Below the pieces are notes generated by a model that worked only from the letters and a program-made list of their open reading frames with translations, did no database searches and was not told the DNA's origin. Shown in pieces: positions 25,815 to 39,217 of a stretch of DNA of 64,000 nt; position 1 is the stretch's first letter; every line of letters starts with the position of its first letter. The stretch is taken from the NCBI RefSeq assembly GCF_006345805.1, contig NC_043003.1, forward strand, positions 5,828,001 to 5,892,000. The letters are read 5' to 3'. The translations under genes were made by a program, and so were the position numbers. The DNA comes from Octopus sinensis (lineage: Eukaryota).

Positions 25815-27420
25815 TTACTTTGGTGACTGCGGAAAAGGTGAGAGGTTTTTCTCACTCTTCTGGGTGGCTGTGGTAGTTTCCATGATCAGGTTTTTGCATA
25901 AACTTTTAGTTGTTATTCTTTGGAAATTACTCACCGCAATGGGGTGGTTTTCTTTTAAGTCAATGAAAGTGTCGTTAGTCGTGCTAATTATTCTTATGTG
26001 AGGTGGAGCGGTAGGTGGTGCACACGGGATATCTTTTGGTGTGATGTTGGTATTTTCATGAATGTATTTCGTTAGGGGTTCGTTGTGTTGATCGCAGTGA
26101 AATTTACGATTGTCTTCGAAGATTGCTTTTGGATGGTGTATGGTTTTGGCAGTGGTATTAGTGGTGTTTGTAATATGGGTGTTGTAATTATTGGTCGTGT
26201 GTCTGTGTTGTGGGGATATACTGGGATGGTGCCTTTTTGCGTTTTTTCTTCTTTTGAAGATTTCCCTCCACTCATCTTCGTTGGCTCCTTCCGCGGTTTC
26301 TGGGTCAGACTCGGGAAAGGGTAAATCCGGTGGGTTGTGGTTTGTCCATGTAGCTTCACACTTTGGTGTTGCTGCTGTTACTGTTGAGCGAACGGTCTTC
26401 GTCCCAGAGCTCGCAAGATGGGAGAAGTCCGAAACGTGGTCCTTTGCTATTCGTAAGACACGCAGAAGAGAGAGCAGGTCAACACCCGACACCGAGAGCA
26501 TCGACGGATGGATGAATGCCCATCCAGGCTCAGCGGTTGCGTAGGAAGTCGGGAACAAGAAACAGGAAGAAAGAGTGAGAGAAAGTTGGAGCGAAAGAGT
26601 ACAACAGGGGTCGCCACCACCCCCTGCCGCAGCCTCGTGGTGCTTTAGATGTTTTTCGCTCAATAAACACACACAACGCTCGGTCTGGGAATCAAAATCG
26701 CGATCCTCCGACCGCGAGTCCGCTGCCCTAACCATTGGGCCTCCACTGGTGTTGCTGCTGTCGGTTCTGTAGAGTTTTTAGTGGTGCTTTTTCGAGTATT
26801 CTTGGCTGCCGTTTCAAATGGCGTCCCTTCCAAAGTAGGTGCTGCTGCTGCCTCTGCAACGGTTACTGCTTCTGTAGCGATTTATTGCTGTTGATGTTTT
26901 CTCTGAACATTGTGCAGTCGCTGCTGCTTTGGGTGGTGGGGAAGTTACTTTCGAAGCAGCCCGCGATTGTTGCTCTAGGTACTGTTTTGGTGTCTCTTTT
27001 TCTGGAGGGGGATACTTCTCGTTTATTCTCAGTGGGAAAAAGACTTTGGAGTGGTTCTTCTGTCCGCAGAGATAGCACCTCGGTGTGCACCCCTCCACCG
27101 ATACGTGCAGCTTCGCTCTTTCTGGCAGGTGGATTAGGTCTAGAAAGCTTCCGAGGGCCTGAATCAAAAGTCCCAGACCCTGCCCCACAGGTTTGTTGGT
27201 ATAGTTTATTTATCTGTAGTATATAAATGTTTCCCTCATCATCAAGCAGGACGGCCGCCACCACCCAAAGGACGTCGATCTCTGGGGAAACCTCCCCAAT
27301 CTTTATTTCTGAGACTCACAGTCCGAGGTAAGTCGAGAGTAGCATCAGTTCGTCAGTTTTAGGAGTACTGTGGCTTGTAGTTTGGCTTCGTCTTCCGAGT
27401 CAAACCTTGTTTTCACGGTG
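25815..27420 (-). mobile_element. Non-LTR retrotransposon ORF1 (gag-like) remnant, interrupted by a SINE at 26379-26746
   Basis: IKIGEVSPEIDVLWVVAAVLL; VSVEGCTPRCYLCGQKNH (CX2CX4H zinc knuckle); frame is continuous across the SINE once one TSD is removed. Confidence 0.65.
26379..26746 (-). mobile_element. SINE family D2 (D head with an alternative 3' body), flanked by a 15-bp TSD
   Basis: TGGTGTTGCTGCTGT at 26364-26378 and at 26747-26761; second copy at 36362-36712. Confidence 0.85.
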
Positions 27421-27559
27421 CCATATCTGCTTTCAAATCATACGCTCATATGTCGTCTAACGACGGGTGAGTCCGTTATAATTATGTATATATGCATCTG
27501 CTTCCGTAAGTGTATTAACTTATATAAGCATGTATACAGATATGTATACATATCTGGAG

Positions 27560-27682
27560 GGATTGGAGCAACGGACAATAATAAAGTGTCTTGCTTACGG
27601 ACACAATGCACTGCTGGGAATCGAACTCATGATCATATGAGTCGTGAACCAAATGCCCTAACCATTAAGCCACGCGTCTTCG
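27560..27682 (-). mobile_element. SINE family C head fragment
   Basis: AATAAAGTGTCTTGCT...GGGAATCGAACTC...CTAACCATTAAGCCACGCG. Confidence 0.7.
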
Positions 27683-27710
27683 AATATACATACGCTCACA
27701 TATATACATA

Positions 27711-28490
27711 CAGGATGCGAGGAGTATTTGAGGACAGTTTTGGTATACAATAAAATAACTATATTTCAGCATATTTGGATATACATTTGCGCAATTAGTC
27801 TTGATAATGATTTTTAAAGCAAATTATTCTATGACTCGGCCTTCGGCTTCGATGAGTGCTTCAATGGGGGACCGAAACCGCTGGCATGCTGACACAATAT
27901 TCACCTGGACAATGGCGGCCTTCATTGAAGCTATGGTATTATGAGGAGCAAGGCGGCGAGCTGGCAGAAACGATAGCACGCCGGGTGAAATGCTTGGCGG
28001 TATTTCGCCAGCCGTTACGTTCTGAGTTCAAATTCCGCCGAGGTCGACTTTGCTTTTCATCCTTTCGGGGTCGATAAATCAAGTAACAGTTACGCACTGG
28101 GGTCGATATAATCGACTTAATCCGTCTGTCTGTCCTTGTTTGTCTCCTCTGTGTTTAACCCCTTGTGGGTGGTAAAGAAATAGGTATTATGAGGGTGGCG
28201 ATTAGTCTCCCTTTCGACAGTGCTCCACACGTAGTAGCCCATGGGGTTCAAATCTGGTGAGTTTAGGGGTCACATATTGGGTATTACATAATCGTAAAGA
28301 TTGTCTGACAACCATTCCTGGGTGTCCACGGCTTTGCGAGAAGGTGCCGAGTCTTGTTGAAATACGTATGACATTCCATTACCTACTTCATAAATCCAGG
28401 GCTTGATAACAGTTTCCAGTACCTCAATGTATTCGGCAGCATTAATTCTAAGACCCCATGGAAAAAAGTGAGGAGGCATCACACGAGCTT
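27711..28490 (-). mobile_element. Tc1/mariner-superfamily (maT/DD37D-like) transposon, 3' half with terminal repeat; interrupted by SINE A
   Basis: MPPHFFP.GLRINA..YVFQQDSAPS..(W)PLNSPDLNPMGYYVWS..ACQRFRSPIEALIEAEG; end reads TA|CAGGATG at 27709-27717. Confidence 0.85.
27950..28187 (+). mobile_element. SINE family A inserted in the transposase, with a ~12-bp TSD
   Basis: GGTATTATGAGG at ~27936-27947 and ~28183-28194. Confidence 0.9.
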
Positions 28491-28494
28491 TGCT

Positions 28495-28627
28495 AACTAT
28501 CTGTCTGTCTATCTATCTATCTATATATATATATATATATTATATATATATATATATAATATACATATATATATCGGTCTGTCTGTCTATCTACCTATCT
28601 AAAGTCTGTCTGTCTGTCTGTCTATCT

Positions 28628-28658
<31 letters not shown>

Positions 28659-28687
28659 CGGTCTGTCTGTCTATCTACCTATCTAAA

Positions 28688-28757
<70 letters not shown>

Positions 28758-28926
28758 CGTATCTATATATCTATCTGTATGTCTGTCTATCTATCTATCT
28801 ATCTATCTTAAAGTACTCTGTCCAGTGACAATTCGGTAGAGTACTTTAACAGAGATAGATAAATAGATAGATAGATGGGTATTATACAGATATACATATA
28901 TATGTATATATAAATTATATAAGTGA

Positions 28927-28982
<56 letters not shown>

Positions 28983-29099
28983 TTACATGTACGTATACAT
29001 ATGTGCATATACAGAGTTATATGTATGCGTGTAAACTTGTATGGTTGCGAATGTGGATTATGCGTGAGTGTCATTTCCCTGACAGCTTTTCTCTATCTT

Positions 29100-29191
<92 letters not shown>

Positions 29192-29210
29192 CCTACCTAT
29201 CTATCTCTCT
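28495..29210. repeat. Compound (TCTA)/(TCTG)/(TA)/(TG)/(TC) microsatellites
   Basis: Direct reading. Confidence 0.95.
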
Positions 29211-29559
29211 GTGTCGGTTTGTTTCTTTTAATTTCAACCTCTTCCTCCTTACTCTCCCTCCCTACCTTTTTCGTTTCTGCTTTTCGTTCTTTCTCTTCAT
29301 TATTCCTATATATTTTCCTCTCCTCCCCCTCTGTTCTGTCTCAAACTATGTCCCTCTCTATTCTACCTACTTCCCCCTCTTTCTCTAATTGTCTATTTTT
29401 TCACACCTCTCTCTTTCCCTCTCTGTCTCTCCTCCTCTCTCTTTCTCACACACACACACTCCATATTCTTTTTCGTCGAGAACTTACTGAGACGACATCG
29501 ATTCCACCAGCTCGCACACACAGACACAACAACTGCTGCCTCATTCAAGCAAGCAACCA

Positions 29560-30148
29560 TACACACACACATACACACATACATACGAACAGAGCGATAG
29601 TCACGGATACACACATATGAGTAGAAGCACACAGTCACACACACACAGGTATAAATATGTATATGTGCATTCAGTCAAACACATACACATAGACACACAA
29701 ACATATTTACACAAAATTATTGTTACATTGACTGAGATTCTGTAACCTACACACACACACACATACACACACACACATACACACACACACACACATACAC
29801 ACACACACACACATACACACACACACACACATACACACACACACACACGCATAGTCGCAGTCATCCACATTCGTGGGGACACATGCACACACTTTACATA
29901 CGATGTTGAATACAAACACATACACAAGCACACACGCACACCCACGTACACACGTACACATACACACACACTCATACACATACAGAGATAAATCAAAATA
30001 TAACACAGACACATGAACACAAACATACACACAATCACACAAAGCTATACCCACATCCACATACATAAACATTTGCATACATACGCACTCAGCTGCAATC
30101 AGACACACACACACACAAACACAAACACACACACACACACACACACAC
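29560..30148. repeat. (CA)n-rich low-complexity tract
   Basis: Direct reading. Confidence 0.9.
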
Positions 30149-30233
30149 ATCCAGTCCTGAACTCTTCCAAGACATCTGCGCGGATAAAAAGATCAATTAT
30201 AGAACCTCGTGATTCTAGTTTCGATCTGGTTAC

Positions 30234-30321
30234 CTGGCACATCCAACGATTGGTCTCTCCTACCGTGGAGGCAAGTAACATGTATCTCGCTTCATAAGTC
30301 ATGACGTAGCGGTTTCTAATC
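30234..30321 (-). CDS. Candidate internal exon (88 nt) encoding a PH-domain C-terminal strand-helix
   Basis: ttacAG|G-IRNRYVMTYEARYMLLASTVGETNRWMCQ|GTaacc; one open frame only; Y-hydrophobic-L-x-A-S-T-x-x-E-x-x-x-W fits PH beta7-alpha1; no search was run. Confidence 0.45.
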
Positions 30322-30651
30322 CTGTAAGTTTCATTTCAGACGAGTGGGGTTTTGTTGGGTTTTTTTTATCATAGTTGTGGGTTAGCGAAATCCCTGGGGG
30401 TGATATTGTGTAGATGGTAACCATCGATGCTAATCAGGGTGGAGTCCACTCGTAATCCAAATGTCTAGGACTTCACACACGGTGTAACAATAAGTGTACT
30501 AGGAGTATATGTGGCCGTGGAATATTCAGCCACTTACTCACTATTGTTACCAGTGTAAAGTGAGTAAAATGTGATCGATGCAGACTACTCGGGAAACCAA
30601 ATTCTTATTTACACACACACACAGACACGCACACACATATACACATACACG

Positions 30652-30685
<34 letters not shown>

Positions 30686-30697
30686 TATACATCTTTT

Positions 30698-31125
30698 ATC
30701 TTTTACTTGTTTCAGTCATTAGACTGCGACCATGCTGGGGCACCGCTTTGGGGGTTTTTACTCGAACGAATCGACCCCAGCACTTAACGTGTTTTTTTAG
30801 CCCGATAGTTACTCTATCGTTCTCCTTTAACGAATCGCTAAGTTACTGTGACGTTAACATTCCAACTACGATTGTCATGTTGTGGTGGAGGTCAAATACA
30901 GACAGAAAGACACAGAAAGCACACACACACACACTTACATATATACATATGCGCGTGTGCGTGTGTGTACGACGGGCTTCATTCATTTTCTGTGTATCAA
31001 AACCACTCACGACTCTTTGGTCGGCTAGGAGCTATAGTAGAAGACACTTGCCTAAGGTATCACGCTGTGGAACTGAACCAGTGACCATGTGATTGGGGAA
31101 GCAAACAGCTCACCACTCAACCACA
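30698..31125 (-). mobile_element. SINE family B, diverged
   Basis: Tail, body and head motifs of family B in reverse complement. Confidence 0.85.
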
Positions 31126-31239
31126 TATCTTCAATATGTTTCCGCTAAAATTTGATCCAGTGCAGGTCTGAATTAATTGCCCCACTCGACAGGAGTGAAC
31201 TTCTGTGGGATTGATGAGACGCTTAAGTAAGGAGTTGTT

Positions 31240-31420
31240 ACTGATTATGACGTATCTCGGTGTTGGTGACTTGTCTGCCCTTTCTGTAGAAGAGCGTAGG
31301 CTCGAAACGTAAAGGACTTTTTCTGTTCCTGAGCGTTATAGTAATACATCTGTTTGTTTTGTACACCACCTGTTTTCGTCTTTTGTTGGGTTTTTTTTTT
31401 TGTAAACTCTCCCCATATAT
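31240..31420 (+). mobile_element. Penelope-like terminal-repeat fragment with a hammerhead-like motif (31278-31315)
   Basis: CCCTTTCTGTAGAAGAGCGTAGGCTCGAAACGTAAAGG, then flank shared with 55135. Confidence 0.6.
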
Positions 31421-32479
31421 CACACGCTCACGTGGTCGCACATGTTGATCCTGTCATTTCTTACGAAACACGAACTTCTCCACTGGACTCTCTATCTACC
31501 CTTTTCGGATTCTCGTTTGGACATTTACCCTCCGGCTGCACCTCTCCTACCTACGGATCACTGTGGACTCTACTCTTGATGAGAAATCTCTTGAAGAAAT
31601 TTGTCTACTGTTCGTTTTTTGTTCCGCATAGCAAGTTAACACACATACACACATACACACACATACATATAGATAGATGTAGATATACAGACATGGATGT
31701 TGGCTTTTAACGTATTTTAGCGCTGATTTTCATACGATGTTCCGCCGATGTATAAAATATATAAGTTTAAGTTTTAAAAATTACCTGATAACGTCGGAGC
31801 GTCATACAAACCATGTTATTCATGAATTTGTTAAACACAAACTACGATTAATAAAATTATGTAAACAATAACTTTCTACATATTTTTTCAGAATTTTTTA
31901 AAACAGTAACTCATAGCTTTTTCTTTTTTTCTTTCATTTATTTTTCCCCGCGAAATGCACCAGTGGCTTTAAACTTTCTATGAGAAGTGAACCAGTAAGT
32001 TTTAATTTGATCTTCAGTGCAGCACGGAGTCAGAAATATGGAGAGGTGCTAATATATCACAGAGATATTAAAACTATCAGAAATATTGTTTAATAAAGTA
32101 CTCAATACAAAAAGGAGAGTTAAAGAATTGATCCGAGTCTCAAAATTATTAAAATGCACGTTCTTCCTTAAATTACGCTTTCTGCACACCGACGCTGTTA
32201 CGCCCCCACACTCCCATATTTTCTCTTTCCTCATCTTTTTTGCTTTTTTTTTTTTTTTTTTTTTGGCTCGCATCACTTTTCAATTATTCGAAAGTAATAT
32301 TTTCACAATTTTCTGCTTGAAATTTACTGGGTTTCCAACTACACCCAGGCTGCGACCTTCAAAGAGTATCGTACTGCACTAATTCATTCGTATGAATACC
32401 TGCAATATAACCGGGTCAAAATCCTTATATTGTTTCCTCTCCTATACTATCTGCATTTGATCTCTAACTGAATTTTATC

Positions 32480-32558
32480 AATGTTATTATTATTATTGTT
32501 GTTGTTGTTGTCGTCGTCGTCGTCGTCGTCGTTGTTGTTGTTGTTGTTGTTGTTATTG

Positions 32559-32589
<31 letters not shown>

Positions 32590-32600
32590 CATCATCATTT
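32480..32600. repeat. Compound trinucleotide repeat (TTA/TTG/TCG)
   Basis: Direct reading. Confidence 0.95.
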
Positions 32601-32649
32601 TGGATTGGCTTAGGTTCGGTCTTATTCCTGGTAGGATTCATATCGGTGC

Positions 32650-32880
32650 CGGGTTACTACCTGTAACCTTAGGTATCCACTAGTTTGCAGCAGTCTTTCA
32701 AGTGCTTAGGACCTTCCTGATAATCCTTGCTGTTCCTAAGAGACAAACCTTATGTTCGAGCTCAACCGGGCTTTCTATTCCAGTCTCCTTCAGCCATTTG
32801 TCTATATCTTCGCTTACTGTTTCCAACACAGCAATTATTATAAGCACGACTTTTACAGCGGGGTGGTCGTCATTTGAAGG
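32650..32880 (-). mobile_element. R4/Dong-like 3' fragment
   Basis: VKVVLIIIAVLETVSEDIDKWLKETGIESPVELEHKVCLLGTARIIRKVLST*; homologous to 14450-14720. Confidence 0.75.
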
Positions 32881-32971
32881 CTAAAACAATGCGAAGCGCA
32901 TTGTGACCAGAAATGTGTAACAACATCTGATAGCCTGGTCGGTCACGGGAATCACAGTGATATATATATAA

Positions 32972-33024
<53 letters not shown>

Positions 33025-33078
33025 TATATATATATGTACACATACATATATATATTATATATATATATATATATGTAC

Positions 33079-33129
<51 letters not shown>

Positions 33130-33470
33130 TATGAACACTCATATTTCTACCACGTATGTGTGTGTGTGTGTATGTCTGAGTATGTGCGTGTGTGTGTGAG
33201 TGTGTGCGCATGTGCGTTAAGACAATAGAGTTGTCGGAAATATATATTTCAAAGTGCGTGAATTTCAAAGTGTGCCGCTATTTAGCCCCAAGTCATCTCT
33301 GAACCAGCAGACCTATCATCAAAGGCGCTCCGGCCGTTACCATCGCGTATATTTGTAAATCGAAAACTAGATTCTTCAGTGAATCATTAAACACGACAGT
33401 GTTTCATCTCAGTGAGAATTCGTGGTCGAGCAACCACGAAAATAGTTCGTTAATACAATATATATATATT

Positions 33471-33507
<37 letters not shown>

Positions 33508-33532
33508 TGGCTGTCTATCTGTATATCTATCC

Positions 33533-33631
<99 letters not shown>

Positions 33632-33644
33632 CATCTATCCATCC

Positions 33645-33694
<50 letters not shown>

Positions 33695-33831
33695 ACATCT
33701 ATCCATCTATCTATCTATCTGTCTCTCTCTCTGTCTATCTCTCTATGTATGTATCTATCTATCTAAATCCCTTGTCTCACCCTCGTTATATATAAATATA
33801 AAAATGTGTGTGTGTGTGTGTGTGTGTGTGT

Positions 33832-34160
33832 AGGCGCAGGCGTGGCTGTGTGGTAAGTAATTTGCTTCCCAACCCCATGGTTCCAAGTTCAGTCCTACTG
33901 AATTCGGGCCGACCAAAGCCTCGTGAGTGGATTTATTAGACAGAAACTGAAAAAAAAGCCCGTCTTATATATATTTATGCGTGTCTGTGTTTGCGCCTCG
34001 CCATCGTTTGACAACCGGTGTTTGTGTGTTTACGTTACCCGTAAAACTACGGGTGCAAAGAATATGTCCTGCGATCGATTTCTTCGACAATGACTCTTTA
34101 AGGCGGAGGTCCAGCATGGCCACATTCAAATCACCGACACAAATAAAAGAATAAAAGTAC
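33832..34160 (+). mobile_element. SINE family B, diverged
   Basis: GGCGCAGGCGTGGCTGTGTGGTAAG...TCCAGCATGGCC. Confidence 0.8.
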
Positions 34161-34399
34161 ACATGCATACACACACACATATTTGTGTGTATGTATGTTT
34201 GTGTGTCCGTATGTGTGTGTGTGTGAGTGTCTATGATGTGTGTCTCCTCATCGGTGGTGTGTGACATCTTAAAGAGCTATGTAACAATTCCAGTGCACGG
34301 TGCGCGGTGCAACAGAAAGTGCATAAACAGCAGCTGCAATACCGAAAGATGAAACAGTGATGTCAGCTGCAACTGTGACATCAGGTTGTAGTATCACCT

Positions 34400-34553
34400 G
34401 CAGCAGTGGTAGTGGTAGTAGTAGTAGCGGAGGTGGTGGTGGTAGTAGTTTTTGTAGCTCTAATAATGGATGTAATGTAGTGCGTATTGTAGTGTCAGCT
34501 GTAGTTCTGGTGGTTATAGATGCAGCTATAAGAACTGTAGCCGCAGTAGTAAT

Positions 34554-34618
<65 letters not shown>

Positions 34619-34800
34619 AGTAGTAGTAGTAGTAGTAGTAGTAGTGGGGAGTGTCGCTGTTGGAGCTGCTACTGCTGGTAGCGTCATCTGTAGATGTAAC
34701 CACTGAATTACACGACCCCATATTCATTATTCCAATTATAGGACTACCGCCATTACTACTACTACTACTACTACTACTGTGATAGTAGTAGCATTAGCAG
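34400..34800. repeat. (AGC)n/(AGT)n/(ACT)n trinucleotide low-complexity tract
   Basis: Direct reading; source of the poly-A/T/V/Y ORFs. Confidence 0.9.
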
Positions 34801-35088
34801 AGGGAAAAGTTGTCCAATCTTTTCGGTATTACAACTACACTACAAACAACCCCATCTGCCCTAATACTGGGGATGACAAACATTTATTTTAATTGACCAG
34901 TTGTAGATTCCCAAAAGGCCAGTAGTAACTGGGCCACTCCATTTACGATGCAATGTGTGACAAAGGGATATTTGTGTAAATCGGACAGAACAAACACCAC
35001 CACAGGGTATTTCTGTTGGAAATCACTTCATCAGTTCTCTCGCCTTTTCTTTCAATTTTTATTCATTATCACAGGTACGTGCACACAA

Positions 35089-35123
<35 letters not shown>

Positions 35124-35789
35124 CTCTCTCTCTCTCTCTTTCTCTTTCACACACACACAGACAATATAGCACACAACACACACACATACGCACGTGTGCA
35201 ATCTGTGTTTCCACCCACAGGGCATCGCTCGGCCTGAGGCTGTAGCAGAATGCTCTACTTCAAGAAGACGCTAAGATGCTTCGAACTCGGAACCATATTA
35301 TAGACACTACAATAACAGTGGTAATAACTGCAGCTATGATATCTGCTCCTTGAGTGGCAAGGCTAGTAGATATGATAGTAATAGTATAGGCGCTAGTATA
35401 GCACTGGTATTAATCATAGCAGTTGCTACGATGATGTTTCCGTGAGATAGACAGGTGTGGATTAAAGATTTGGCTGCTATTTCTGACATGTCGATCGACT
35501 TGCAAAAGAGTAATATTCTTGTGCTGGTTTTCGTTTGTCGTCAGAATGAAAAAAAAACGTTGTAAATGGCGCTTCTGTTGATATCGATGGGTGAAACAAT
35601 TGATTAAGTTCCGACATTAAAGGTTTTGCATTTTGGATTTTATTGCAAAATATTGCTGTTCGATCCGAACCAAAAAGCCGAGACCTTCATAAATGTGACA
35701 ATTCCATGAATTCCAATGAAACTGTTGGATCACAGAGATATATAAACACATGGGGGAGCTGCAACGTGAAAAACTGAGCATTTTTCTAC

Positions 35790-36194
35790 TTACTCTCTTT
35801 ACTTGTTTCAGTCATTTGACTGCGGCCATGCTGGAGCACCGCCTTTGATCGAGCAACTCAACCCCGGGACTTATTCATTGTAAGCCCAGTACTTATTCTA
35901 TCGGTCTCTTTTGCCGAACCACTAAGTGACGGGGACGTAAACACACCAGCATCGGTTGTCAAGTAATGTTGGTGGGACAAACACAGACACACAAACACAC
36001 ACATGCATATATATATATATACATATATACGACGGGCTTCCTTTCAGTTTCCGTCTACCAAATCCATTCACAAGGCTTTGGTCGGCCCGAGGCTATAGTA
36101 GAAGACACCAGCCCAAGGTGCCACGCAGTGGGACTGAACCCGGAACCATGTGGTTGGTAAACAAGCTACTTACCACACAGCCACTCCTGCGCCT
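35790..36194 (-). mobile_element. SINE family B, full length
   Basis: High similarity to 52138-52552. Confidence 0.92.
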
Positions 36195-36361
36195 ATTTAA
36201 TAAGAATAATTATATGAATTTATTTAAAGTGATCTTATATCATGTGCAAAACATTAAATTGAGTCTAAGACCTGGAGATGAAATTCGGCGGATGGGTGCA
36301 GTTAGAAATCCTGTTGTGTCCTTTCCAGCTGGCCACGGTTTTGTAGTCTCCGTTGCGGCGG

Positions 36362-36712
36362 CTGTTGCTGTTGAGCGAACGGTCTTCGTCCCAGAGCTCG
36401 TAAGATGGGAGAAGTCCGAAACGTGGTCCTTTGTTATTCGTAAGACCCGCAGAAGAGAAAGCAGGTCAACCCTCGACACCGAGAGCATCGACGGATGGAT
36501 GAATGCGCATCCAGGCTCAGCGGTTGCGTAGGAAGTCGGGGACAAGAAACAGGAAGAAAGAGTTAGAAAAAAATTTTGGAGCGAAAGAGTACACCAGGGG
36601 TCGCCACCACGCCCTGCCGGAGCCTCGCGGAGCTTTTAGGTGTTTTCGCTCCATTAAACACACACAACGCCCGGTCTGGGAATCGGATCCGCGAGTCCGC
36701 TGCCCTAACCAT
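36362..36712 (-). mobile_element. SINE family D2, second copy
   Basis: Body matches 26379-26746 over about 350 bp. Confidence 0.85.
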
Positions 36713-37029
36713 TTCACGTCTTACAACATTTTTTAATGCTACAGAGCATTGAGCAGCAGTCATAATATCCGGCGAGAATCCTTATGATACAGGTACCTCT
36801 TTTCTAATATTCACAGGGCTTCCAATCCTCCATGTCTGTTAACTTGTTCTCAACTACGACTTTAATATTTATGCCTTCCAACGCTATTTACGGTTCACCT
36901 ATACACTGTTCACCTGAAGAAAAAAAGTAGACAAAATTTATCAAATTTAGCCTCAATACCTGGTACACACACCCACACACACACACATTACTATCGGATG
37001 TTGTTGTACATTGCTGGTCACAATGCGCT

Positions 37030-37265
37030 TCCTTCCCGAGTCATACCGACTCACACGGCCGGATTCCTGGTTTCCATGACGTGTATATTCCCCACCTGGA
37101 CGGGATGCCGGTCCGTCGCTGGGTTATTCAGTATTTCCAGCTGAATGGAGTAATGTGAAATGAAGTGTTTTGCTCAAGAATACAATGCACCGCCAGTGAG
37201 AGATTCGAAACCACGATCTAACGATCGTAAGTGCAATATCCTAACTCACTGGGCTACGAGCTTTC
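37030..37265 (-). mobile_element. SINE family C-type copy
   Basis: GTGAAATGAAGTGTTTTGCTCAAGAATACAA...GATTCGAAACC...CTAAC. Confidence 0.65.
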
Positions 37266-37284
37266 ATATGTGTGTGTACCTTTG

Positions 37285-37318
<34 letters not shown>

Positions 37319-39186
37319 ATGTATATATACACTATTGACGTTATGAAAATTTATAAACTTTCGAGAGAACGTGAAATAATTCTGTTTTGGAATTGGGTCC
37401 AGAAGCACAAGCACTCTGTAATAACTCGTTAATAACGGGTTGCAACACCTCCCATTTACACATCTTGCGTAGCTGTGATCCGAATTCTCTAACTAGACAA
37501 CTATTAAACTCAATTGCTTTTCTATTCTCTTAAAAACAATGAAAGGTGACGTCCAACACGACGACATTTTCACTTAGTGTGTACGTGTCACATGACAGTG
37601 TGCTTGGCGCTCTACTGCTTTTTACATGTACCCGGCCCTCCACTCAAAACTAAGTGACCAGTTTTATGCTGGAAGATATTCCAGTGACGACAATTCCGTG
37701 GTTTTAATTGTATGCAAGACAATATGATTTATTTTGCGATTTCGTTATTTATGCTATTAGCGTGTGATTTTTGGCTGCTATTTCCATCAGCTTGTGCGAC
37801 CAGCTCAGGCCTTCCATATCGGTTAGTTCTTTCTCAATGCTATCTTTAGTCCTGGCTCAACATTCAGATCATATTTATATTGCAGTCATGATACAATTTT
37901 CTGATTTATAGTAGATGTTACTTATGATCTGGTCACTAACAGTTAATCAATTTGTCTAGAATTTTTATAGTTTTATTTCTTTCATCTGTCCATGTTGATG
38001 TTGTCACTCTATCCCCAGCCGTATACATTTCGTCGTCTTCTTCCTTCACATCAAACAACATCAACTTGTATTGATGAAAGGAATTATCTGTGTTTATCTT
38101 ACATTTCTTCAAAACAAACTATTTCTTGTTAGGTGAGACATATTTCACAGTTTCATTACGATTCCTTTAACCCTTCTTCTCTGTCTTATTGATTGATTCA
38201 TTGAAATTCAAATAGGAGAAAGTCAAGCTTCGTTAAAGAAATCTGGCTGACTTCCCAATCCGTTGACACATGTGGTCGACATCAAATATAACAAGAATCG
38301 AGAAATCTGACAGCATGTTAAACATCGTACAGTTGACCTCCCAGTTCAAGCTAAATATACCCTCCTGACAGTGGCTAATTATGGCTTTTATCTTTAAACC
38401 AGGGGGGAAAAATATTAGCCAACACCCTTCACAATGGCTGAGAGAAAGAGGGAGAAGGGAGCTGAGGATATTCTCAGTTTGGGGACGAAGTCTGAATGCT
38501 TGTAACGAAATGGACTCCACTGAAAGCAGTCGTCACGGTGATGGCGTTAAACCGAGCGAGGGATTAAGACTAGCACCCGTGAAGGCTGTAGTGTGATTTG
38601 AACTCAGAATGCAAGCACTCGGAACAAATACCAAAAGGCAATCGGCCCCGTATTCTTACACTGCTACCAATCCTCTGCCCTCGATTGCTACTTTTTTATC
38701 GACTCCAAACGAATGAAAGGTAAGACTGGTCTTTGCGGATTTAAATCCAAGGAGCAGAAAGATGGAGAAAATACCACAAGGCATGTTAACCCTCTCTGAA
38801 CCGGGATGCATTCCGGTCATGGTTTCTTGATAGCCCTCTGCTACCACGTTCTCTACTTCTTTCTGTATTTGCAGACTGCACCTTCGGAGCTGTTTCACAT
38901 ATTTCAGATTCAAGTTGTCTTGTATGTTGTAACGAGTTTGGTTTGAGATGTCTGTTCAACGTAAAGTAAATCATACCTTTTCAATTTCCATTCGTCCTTG
39001 AATGAATCTAGATAGACGTTTTACAGATCGTTCTGCCGTTTAGGACTTTGGTGCTCTTTCCCCCCAGAAATTAAGAGTCGTTCCATGAAATCGTCGGCAG
39101 ATTTACCCCTCAGTCCTACAGCTATGACAAGAACTTCGGCTTGGAAGCTCGATTCTCTCAATTTGATGTTTAAATTACCATATATA

Positions 39187-39217
<31 letters not shown>

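Noticed and set aside
34269-34727. 152-aa and 88-aa low-complexity ORFs
   Set aside because: Trinucleotide repeat tract; open on both strands because of its composition.
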